Origin: Azolla caroliniana
Taxonomy: Eukaryota; Plantae; Polypodiophyta
Assembly: GCA_043228905.1 (NCBI GenBank)
Contig: JBHGNT010000004.1
Coordinates: 19,654,001 to 19,718,000 of the forward strand
Reading direction: 5' to 3'
Length of the DNA stretch: 64,000 nucleotides
Made by a program: the position numbers and the translations under genes. A model generated the notes under the pieces. That model was not told the DNA's origin and ran no database searches. It was given only the letters and a program-made list of their open reading frames with translations. This document shows, one piece after another, positions 23,619 to 33,889 of this stretch (positions are counted from its first letter, which is position 1; each line of letters opens with the position of its first letter).

Positions 23619-25599
23619 GAAAGTCTTTCAGTAGAAGAAGGGTGTCGATTTCAACGAAATATTTGCCCCGATAGTGAAGATGACATCCATCCGGACGGTG
23701 CTAAGCATAGCAACTAGCATGGACTTAGAAGTCGAACAACTAGATGTCAAGACAACTTTCTTGCATGGAGATTTAGAGGAAGAAATCTAAATGCAACAAT
23801 TGGAAGGTTTCATGGAGAAAGGAAAAGAAAATTTGGTATGTCGGTTGAGGACAAGCTTGTACGGGTTGAAGCAAGCCACCCGTCAATGGTACCAGAAATT
23901 CGAGTCCTTTATGGTAGATCATGACTTCCACAAGATGCAAGGTGACCACTGTGTCTTCGTAAAGAGATATGACGGAGGAGACTACTTGATGCTCTTATTG
24001 TATGTTGATGATATGTTGATTGTAGGATAGGACCTGAAGAAAATCAAAAGCTTGAAGAAGGCCCTGAGCAAGTCATTCGCGATGAAGGATATGGGTCTAG
24101 CAAAGCAAATCTTGGGAATGCACATTGTCCGGGACAGGACAAAGAAGTTGTTGTGGTTGTCACAGGAAAAATACGTGACAAAGGTGCTCCAAAGATTCAA
24201 CATGGAAAATGCGAAGCTGATTGGCTCGACATTGCTAACAAAATGCAAGTTGTCGGGGAGACAATGTCTAAAGATAAAAACAGAGAAGGTTGAGATGAGC
24301 AAGGTCCCATACACCTCAGCAATTGGAAGCTTGATGTACGCGATGTTCTACACTTGGCCGGACATCGGATATGCTATCGGAGTCATCAACCAGTATATGA
24401 GCAATCTTGGAAGAGATCATTGGGTTGTGGTGAAGTGGATACTCCGATACCTGAGAGGCACCTCAAGCGCGTGCCTCCAATTCGGCTCAGGTAACCCCAT
24501 ACTAGAATGTTTCACTAACTTAGACATGTCGGCTGATGTGGATACCAACCACTCCATGTCCGGGTATGTTATGACATATGCAAGGGGACTTGACTCGTGG
24601 CAATCAAGGTTGTAGAAGACTGTGTCCTTGTCAACCACAAAAGCGGTGTACATGGATGCTGTTGAAGCCAGCAAGAAGATAATTTGGATAAAGGATTACA
24701 TTGTTGAGTTGGGGATTCAGCAATGATAATTTTGACTCCACTGCGACAATAAAAGTGTCATCCACCTTGCAAAGAATGTCACCTGTCACTCAAGAACTAA
24801 GCACAGATTCCAATGGAGATATCACTAGCTTAGAGAGAGGGTAGAAGAAACGGATTTCGACCTGGTGAAGATTCACATGGACGAAAATGGATCGCACATG
24901 CTAACCAAGGTGTTGCCAATGGACAAGCTGAAAGCATGCCTACAACGAGCAAGTCTGGTGGATCATCCCATTCTAGAGTGAAGGGGGAGTTTATGAGGAA
25001 ACAAGTCCTCCAGATAGGATGTGTCAATCAGTCGGATCTAGATGAGGAACTAGATTGGCCAAGAAAACATCCGACAAGCATCTGGATTCCCGATCTAGCC
25101 GTAGCCGATTAGAGGCTATATTTGTAAATAACTATTACAGCGTATAAGTATATATACAGTTAGGGCTAGCATGTTAGTTGTGTTGTTGTTGTAGAGTTAT
25201 TTATCGATCTACAGAGTTGTAATCTAAGTGTGGAGTAAAGAGTGAGTGTGTGTGTAACCATCAGTTAGACGAAGACGAGCTCAAGGTTGTTGCCTGTGAG
25301 TCTCCTTGTATTCTCACCTCCTATAGTGGAACAATTCAGAGTCTGTGGGCTCCCGTGGTTTTTCCCATTCCAAGGTTTTCACTGTGTCATGGCATCATCT
25401 CTGTGTTTAGTACTCTGTTTTCCATTCTTGTGCTTGCAAATTGGTTGTGTCTAAACCCCATTTCCTAAGAAATCTTAGCTCTATTTTCATTTCCTCACTC
25501 ACCCCTTTGGCCTTGCTCTCCTCCTATAATGAGTGAAGAATTATCACTCTAATAATGTCCTATTATTTCCCTTTCAAATAGTAATTATTTGTTCTTGAA

Positions 25600-26000
25600 A
25601 CAAATTTGGCTCGAGATTCTCAAAAGAAGGCCTACCTATGATAAACATCAATGTTTTGAACACACTGAGCTTTGTTGAATGATCTCACACACACACACAC
25701 AAACAATCTCATCATTATGAATGACAAAACCAATAAGATTGAGATCGTCTACCATTTTTAGCATTTTTCTAACACAATCCATAATTGATAACTCATTGTT
25801 CGAACATTTAAAGATATTTTCAAGAGTATCTAACATTTCATGTGTAGATATACAATGTTCAACATAAGGATACTTGTTGATGTCAAAATATTTTGAAGTA
25901 TTATAATAACATGAATGAGATTTTGTGTACAGAAATGCAATGATTGTTAACTCAAAAAGATCCAAATGAGAGTGTGGTAAGTTCAAAACTAATACATGGA
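25600..26000 (-). pseudogene. Highly decayed copia gag-like fragment
   Basis: HEMLDTLENIF...SIMDCVRKMLKMVDDLNLIGFVIHNDEIV resembles the copia gag (UBN2-type) pattern. Confidence 0.5.
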
Positions 26001-27851
26001 CATTGTACAAATCCAAAATTCTATTCGTAAATATTTTAATTATCTCTAGTTTCTCATAAAAGAATTGTTTAAAAAGAGCAGTACGACAACACAAAAATAC
26101 GTTTGTTTTTTTCTAGAGTTGGGGTTCGGGGCATCTATTTATATACTTGATGGTAGGTCAAACTTTGGCTTTGCAACTTGAAGTGGTGTGCTAGTTCTCA
26201 CACACCATAACCCATCCATCATGTGTCTCTTGATAGAGGGGAAACCTTTAGGTAAGGAAGAAGGACAAATGCATGTGGGAATAGTAATATAGCCCTCTAT
26301 TTTGAGGAAAATGTACATAACATGTGAAAAAAATACTTAGAACAAGAAATGGTGTTCCAAGTGGGACAATTACGTAAAGGCTAGTGATAAATGCATAGGG
26401 ATGTACATGGTGCTCTCACATATTTCCAAGGATACTCAAAATATAAGGAACAAGGCGAACAATATACCCACCTAGAAATAAACTGACAAATACTTGGTTC
26501 CTAACATCAACCCAAGTCCTACACAAAAGGTACACTCAACCACCAGCTGGCGCAATGACATCCACACTCAAGAGGGGCATTCAACTACCTTGGATAACTA
26601 AGTGCACAACCACACTTAGGCATAAGCCCACAATAGTCTCACAATAAAACCATTTACTTCAACAAAATTCTTACCAATCGAAAAGGAAAATAAGAAATTC
26701 TTTTATGTTTGTTTGTTTGTTAAATTTTGGTCTATTACAAGACACCACGACTCTTCAAGTATCTATTTTTGAACCTCATAGTTATAGAATACCTATGACA
26801 AATCACCACGATACACATGTTAGAAAAAAAAGCCAAGATATTCAAGATAAAGTATAGAATTAGTTTCACTTAAGTGATGTATTTATATATATAACCTTTT
26901 GTAAGTCCTTACATTCTGTTTGCATGACCATCTCTCTTTATGTGTGTACGTTTTGAACATTGTGAGCTCTCCATCCTTCATACTAGTGGAAAGTTACTGT
27001 AACAACCCCCATTGCTTTACCAAGGAAAGTGATAATTATTGCACAAGCTCCAAGTCCTTTTTTACCTATAAACTTAGAGAAATTTATCTGAAATGTCAAG
27101 GATATACTATAGCCAAAACATTTTTCTCTTGTGCCTATATATTTCTTGTGAATTCAATTACAAAAGTGAAAACAATGACATTCGGGAAAATAAAATCAAT
27201 CATGCAAAGGGCATTGAAAACAGGAAATTCTTGTAATTATTATCATGGTTAATTGAGGTAGGTGCAATGCTAATGGTATGTTGATAGCATTGTGGTATAA
27301 TAATAACTGTATTAAAACAAATTAAAAGAATCATGAGGATGCCTAATGCACAACAAAGTATGTTTAGGTCATCAAAGTCTTGTGAAAGAAGTTGACATGA
27401 CTGTCGAATCTCATTTTGAGCACATATAAAGAGTTGTGACTTGTTCTCACATTGAACCATATGAATGATGGGCGATTAACAAATCTTGTAAGGTGTTTTC
27501 AAGCTTGAGGGGGTATTTGATCTTTGAATTACCCACTCTGTTAACTTGAAAAATTGAAATAATTCATCAAGCACTTAAATTGATTCACATATTCATGGTA
27601 ACATGACAAGAGGAAGAGATGATATCACATACTCTCAAGAGTATTTATGCAAAAGGGAAGGTTATTTATGCATATCACTTTGTTTTTCCATCCATAATGC
27701 ATGCATCATATAATTGATTTTGATCCACTTGAGACTAGAACGTTTTATGTGTCTGATTTGATGCTTGTTTAAACTTTTAAGTTCATAATTTGTTTTTTGT
27801 TGCAGGCCATAGAATTAAACATTGGACAATTTTGAAACAAAGGAAGATACG

Positions 27852-28367
27852 ATGAAGGATTTGTGGATGATTGCTCTTAGTTTGCTAGTATTAGTTTTAA
27901 TCACATTCACAGGCCCATGGGGTACCATCGTGATAGTTCCTCTTATTGGTATAATAGTAACTAGGGCATTTACACCAAGTGAAAAGCAACCACCGGGGCC
28001 TAAAGGTTGGCCAATAGTCGGTAATCTCTTCCAATTAGGGCCTCAACCCTATAAGACCTTAATCAAGTTACATGAGCAATATGGGCCTCTAGTGAAGCTA
28101 AAACTAGGGTCAGTAAATGTGATCACAACATGCACACCAGAGATAATTAAAGAGATTTTATATACTCAAGATGAGATATTTGCTAACCGTCCACGGACAC
28201 TTGCCTTTAAGTACTTAGCATATGATGGGCAAGACATCGCATTAGCACCATATGGACCTCATTGGAAGAATATGCGACGAATTTGCATGGAATATCTCCT
28301 AACAACTCGTCGTTTGGATTCCTACCAAGGGTACCGTATAGAGGAAGCAACACGTATGATACAAGAG
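27852..28367 (+). CDS. CYP703: Cytochrome P450, CYP703 family, exon 1
   Basis: ATG at 27852; hydrophobic anchor, PPGPKGWPIVGNLFQLG, ALAPYGPHWKNMRRICMEYLLTTRRL. Donor GAG|GTTAGT, phase 0. Confidence 0.9.
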
Positions 28368-29444
28368 GTTAGTGTATTATTAGTCTTTAAAGACTTCACA
28401 ATGATTATTCGCCATGTCGGACATCATGACATTTCTAATATGCTAGTGAAGATTTCACATTTGTCTAGTAGATGTGTTTGAAAGAGTGAGGATGAAGGTT
28501 CATATGCTCCTCAATTTTAGTGCTCATACTTTTACATTGTAGCTGTTTAAACTAGACATAACAATTTATAACAAGTCAAATGGTTAACAATGATCCCCAA
28601 GCTCTTCCCTTATATCTTCCTCATCTTTTGAAAGTGAAGTTTGTGGCAAAAACATTCATTTTGGCAAAATTTGCATGCTAATTTAGTAAGCCTCAATAGA
28701 ATATAAAAATCCTAGGATACAAGTGTAGAAAAGTAAATGGCAAGATAGGTATGTATTCCAATTCCATATGTATGCATTGATGATGTGCGTATTATATGGC
28801 ATAATCTAGGAAAATCGAAACAACAATTTATTTATTTTTAAATTTCCGAGAAAAAACTGCTTCCTATGTTTCCTCTTATTCAATGTGAAGTTCTATATGT
28901 TTGTTACTGAAATAAAACACTAGTGCAAAACATAATGCGATGCATTGCCTCATGTTTGCGGTTATAATCATACATTAACATTTTAAAACAAATTAGAGAG
29001 CAACGAAAGTGAAAAATTAGCTAAAAATATTACAAGAACAATATCATGGAACTTCTATTAAGTGGCATCATTAAAATCCTTACCTTTGTCCTTCGTTTTA
29101 AATAAATAGGTAGTCTCTCTAAAAAGGAATGCCAAAGATAAAGGTAATATTTGTAGATGAGGATGAAAGTATGGAATCTTGAAATTGATTCAAGAGTTAA
29201 AGACTAAATGATACAAAAAGGATGCCAAAGACAAAGGTAAATATTTGTAGATGAGGATCAAAGTAAAGAATCTTGAATTTGATTGAAGAGTAAAGAGTCA
29301 AGACTAGATATGATACATACTTTTTTGGGTAATTCATATACAACAAGTCAAGCAACTAAGAAATTGGAATTGGAAAAATAGTTTATATGTCCAAAAGTTA
29401 CGGTAATTTGAAGAAATATTAATGCAAGGGTATAGAGTCCTCAT

Positions 29445-29852
29445 TAGCAATCGACAACAGTTTAGCTTGAACCTAACTGAACTGTGAAACTGTAGTATAA
29501 CAACTTAATGGTTAAAACGGTTTGATGGTTTAGGGTGGTAACTATATTATTTTCTTAAATATTATTTTGAGCAACCTTTTTATTTTTAAGCCTAATTTTG
29601 ACATTTTAGGAAAAATCTTTAAAATATTGAAAAAAATTAAAAATTAAAAATAAAAAACTGAAATTTTAAAATTTGACCTAACTTGAAAACGGAAACTGCG
29701 GTTTTAATGGTTTGGATTTTTTTGTAACGGTTCGGTTTGAACGGTTTTGGTTAAAATGGTTTCATGGTTCGGTTCAGTTCAATTTCAAGCTTCAATACAT
29801 TGAAATGGTTCGAGTTTGACACTAGCTCGAACCGAACCGTTGACGATTGTTA
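29445..29852. mobile_element. hAT-type MITE in P450 intron 1
   Basis: Imperfect TIRs TAGCAATCGACAACAGTT / AACCGTTGACGATTGTTA; 8-bp TSD GTCCTCAT / GTCCTAAT (7/8); internal GGTTC/AACCG repeats. Confidence 0.8.
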
Positions 29853-29900
29853 GTCCTAATAAATACTCAAGGCATCCATATGAAGATGAAATAATTGCAG

Positions 29901-30353
29901 GTGTGGCAAAATAGTAGGACAAGTGATGGTAGTGTCAAGGTGAAGGAGCAACTAGCAAACTTCTCCATGAATGTGATGACACGAATGTTGTTGGGGAAGC
30001 GTTTCTTTGGGCATAAGGGGGCAGGGGCAGCTGAGGCAGCTGAATTCTTGGAGATCACTGAGGGCATTTTCTTGCTCTTGGGTGTCCTTAATGTGAGTGA
30101 CTACTTGCCCTTCTTGCGTCCTTTTGATCTACAAGGTTACGAGCGCCGTATGCGTGACCTCGAAGTTCGCATGGATGCGTTCCACTCTCAAATCCTCGCG
30201 GAACATCGTGCCAAGAGAGAATTCCGACCGAAACAAGACGAAGGAAATAAAGACGAGGACACTAAGGAGGACTTTGTTGATGTACTCTTGTCACTTCCTG
30301 GCTTTGATGGTGAGAGTCATCTCCAAGATGTCGAGATGAAGGCCTTAATCCAA
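29901..30353 (+). CDS. CYP703: CYP703 exon 2
   Basis: Acceptor TTGCAG|GTG; FSMNVMTRMLLGKRFFG..DFVDVLLSLPG..MKALIQ; donor CAA|GTAAGC, phase 0. Confidence 0.92.
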
Positions 30354-30943
30354 GTAAGCTACAACAATCTATGTTATATCAATATCTAATGGCTTTTTAA
30401 TTCTTGGTCGCGGAATGCCTGTCTCTTGTTAACCCTCAACCCTCAATCCTAAGGATTAGCAAGATTGAAGTGAGAGAGATAAAGTTACTACATTACATGC
30501 TAAAGCACAGTGTGCATGGATTGCCTTTTTTATAGATCAAATAAGATGCTTTAGAATCCTTGCCATTTTGATTTCATGATTGATTCATTATCAATCCATG
30601 ACCTTATGTGATTAACATTTATAAGCATGATTGTATAAGCCTACGTTACTTGTTTAAGCCTAAAGAATTAGATTGATGAGTTTACTTTTAAACCATGCAT
30701 GCTTCTAAAATATTAGTTTACAAACCATTTTCTCGTACGCAAGTAATGAAAACAATATCATTGAGTCCATGCAACGTTAATAAAACCTTACATGCCACTC
30801 ATTTGAATAATAGTATTGATTCAAAACATTACCAAGTTTATTTAGTTTTGTAATAACCAAGGTTGCTTATGTGTGCTTCTTGTATTGTATTTTATATCAA
30901 CTATGTTGGATTTCTAACACATTGAAATTTCTTGCATATCTAG

Positions 30944-31573
30944 GATATGATAGCAGCTGCAATTGATACATCATCTGTTTTGAGCGAATGGGCAATGTCC
31001 GAGTTGGTAAAGAACCCTTCAATCCTCAAGAAAGCTCAAGATGAGATTGACAAACTAGTTGGCAAGGATAGGAGAGTGCATGAAGATGATCTTCCACATC
31101 TTAACTATTTGAAATGTATTGCAAAAGAGACATTTCGTTTACACCCTTCCGGTCCCTTCATCATTCCCCATGAGGCTCTAAAGGACACTACAATATCTGG
31201 CTATCATGTACCCAAGAACACACAAGTGCTTGTAAATGTTTATGCATTGGGTAGAAACCCTCATTTATGGAGTGAGAAACTACATGAATTCTGGCCGGAT
31301 AGATGGATGGAGGACAAAGTTGACTTTCGGGATGAGAATTTGAGAATTTTACCTTTTAGTTTGGGTAGAAGGAAATGCCCTGGAGCTCCACTTGGACAAT
31401 CAATGGTCTTATTAGCCTTGGCATCACTAATTCATAGCTTCGATTGGTCCTTGCCTCCGTCAATTGAACCCCATAACCTCGACATGGCAGAAGGGTTTGG
31501 TTTGACAATGCCTCGAGCACAACCCTTAGTTGCTATTGCAACCCCTCGATTACCATCCCATTTATATCGGTAA
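30944..31573 (+). CDS. CYP703: CYP703 exon 3 (spliced protein 532 aa; family known as sporopollenin fatty-acid in-chain hydroxylases)
   Basis: Acceptor CTAG|GAT; DMIAAAIDTS I-helix, KETFR (ExxR), PDRW, heme motif FSLGRRKCPGAPLG; stop TAA at 31571-31573. Confidence 0.92.
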   Translation, partial: DMIAAAIDTSSVLSEWAMSELVKNPSILKKAQDEIDKLVGKDRRVHEDDLPHLNYLKCIAKETFRLHPSGPFIIPHEALKDTTISGYHVPKNTQVLVNVYALGRNPHLWSEKLHEFWPDRWMEDKVDFRDENLRILPFSLGRRKCPGAPLGQSMVLLALASLIHSFDWSLPPSIEPHNLDMAEGFGLTMPRAQPLVAIATPRLPSHLYR

Positions 31574-32099
31574 CAAACATTGAAAACAAAATCAATTTAA
31601 GACGATGGTGATTGATGCCAATATACAAAAAATGGCAAAGAATGATGTCTACCTAAAATTATGTTGATATATGATACATTTATTCTTTCTACTTACTGCT
31701 AGTATTCATCCATACTTTTGGGATGCACCACAAAATAAAGTCTATCAGAAAATCTCCCCAAAATTTGTACTTGAAACATCTAAGCTTGTCTCCATTATGA
31801 AAAATGATAACCTCTATCAAATCGAAATTACCCAAGTGCTCTCAATGACAACATAACAAAGACAATATCTTCTTTTAAAGGAATATCTAGTGATCAACCT
31901 ATTATTAGTTAACATGCATTGAAAATATCAACTCATAGTTTTATCAAATTGTTCGAAATAGGGAACGCATCACATTTACTCATGCATTGCATCAATCTTG
32001 ATGATTAGGTGTTGAATGGTTGTAGGAAGAGCTATGTTTTATAATTTTGAAGAAAAGAACTAAAAATTTGACATCCCGAAACAAAATTAACAAACTTGC

Positions 32100-33200
32100 A
32101 AAAAGGGATAAGAATGGCTATGCTAAGTCAATGGTTATTAACTTATTGGGATTGAGATCAGATGAATTACCCCTGAATTACCATAGCGCCAATCATGACT
32201 TCTTCAAGCTATGATTTATTTGAATATTCCGTTATGCATAGAACGAGCATGTGGTTCAAGAAACTTGCAATATGAATCTCTAGGGATTGCATACCAACGT
32301 CTCTATTGAATAGAGCCAAATTCCATGGTAATGTTGAAATCCATTCTAATTTCTACTACAACCATTAAACATGGAAATATGGACTTCCAAAAATGGTTCA
32401 TTATGTCAAAGCATGTTTTCCTTAATGAAGAAAGGTCAAGAATTTTGGAAGGATAGAAAAATGACTATGAGCCCCAATAACCAAACAACAATAAACGATA
32501 TTGAAAACCATTCACAATCTAACTAATAACACATCAATGTCACACAACAATAATGAAGAATTAATTGAAATGACAGAAAGTGCAAATGATGATTCAACTA
32601 AACACTGGCTCACCATAAGCATGTTGTGGCAATTTCATGGATATGCCTAATTTATTTGAATATGTAAAAAGAGAAGATCGCTTAAGCTTTAAAATAAATA
32701 AAAACACAACTACTTCACTTCATTCTTCCAACATATAACTTTTGTTCTTAAATATGTCATCTAGAATCGATGGCATTCACCATTGACTCGCCCATATAAT
32801 CCACAAGCATCAACAAGTTTCGCCATTATATCTCCTTTGCAAGTGTCAAACGCCATTATTTTCCTAGCACTAGCTTAACTTTTCGTAGGTATTAGCCTAT
32901 GTGTTAGTAGCTAAGAGTGATTGATGCTCAATGTCAACCATCTCACCAAATTTAATGTCATTCAAAGTGGATAAACATTCGTAAGCCTCGTGATAACTAG
33001 ATGTGTCAATATTCACGCCAAAAAATACATTATTGGCAAGATTACACTCTAACATAAGCAAGAGCTTAGATGTAGACACTAGAGCTAATTCCAAAAAGTC
33101 CATTGGAACCAATGGCAAGATGTACATACATAGTATAGAGAAGCTAAAATGTGGTATAATTGACATAAAGATGGAATGGTATTTTCAAATCTATTTCCAA
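32100..33200. pseudogene. Very decayed copia-like fragments
   Basis: Minus-strand SSYHEAY...EHQSLLATNT resembles the start of copia RT; weak RT-like remnants on the plus strand at 32300-32650. Confidence 0.35.
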
Positions 33201-33889
33201 GTATTCTCATTGTCGGAAAGTATAGTGTGGTACCATGATTTTTCGGAATTCTAAGAGATTCCCAATTATTTGAAACCAACCTTGATAGACATCCTTCCAA
33301 AATGTCTTGAATCAAAACGAGCAAGAAGAGATTTTCCCTTCTTGATGGATGTGCTTGCATGCTGAAGTACATTATAGTACAAGTAGGTTTTCCTACAATG
33401 GCATTACAACATTGCTCACTGGCATCAATCCAAATGCTTCCATGTTTCATAAAATATATCTCATCTAAAGGAGGATTTGAGAAATGTTGTTTTGTCAAGA
33501 TCACCTCTATATCTAATGGAGAGTTGTTTGAGCACAAAATATAGTTTGTCCTTAGTGCCTCCTCAATTTGTAATGCAGGAGAATCGGATATTCCATTTCT
33601 ATCAGCTCATGGTTCTGGTTTCCCACTAATTTACTAGAGCATGGTGTGGATTGTAGGGGTTGTTACCATGACCTCTTTGTCTCCACCAAGCAGCCTTACA
33701 AAATGGGCTATATGGATCGGTTCCATTGCAAGGTGTGATCACTTTCTTTCTATCTCTCTGTCGTAAAATTGAGAGAATCTGAGTTTGATTTGCTACATAC
33801 AGGCTCAATCCTATCCTATTGATCATAGCTTAGCATCCCATTGATGTTGAAAATCTCTCCCTCACACATTTAAAGTACTTCATTTCAGT

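Larger units (their letters stand above)
18166..25470 (+). mobile_element. 5'-truncated Ty1/copia (family B), interrupted by a DNA transposon; PPT and 3' LTR (24992-25470)
   Basis: Protease LVDSGASFH (~18280), integrase, RT start MDSLHENHTYEL..PRYKAPIVVK broken at 20019 and resuming at 23619, YVDDML, RNase H, PPT GAGTGAAGGGGGAG (24976-24989). The LTR termini are decayed versions of TGTTGGGAAAC...TTTCCTAACA. Confidence 0.9.

Noticed and set aside
33085-33826. ORFs downstream of the minus-strand PPR gene as a split DYW domain
   Set aside because: No HxE or CxxC deaminase motifs seen in these frames.
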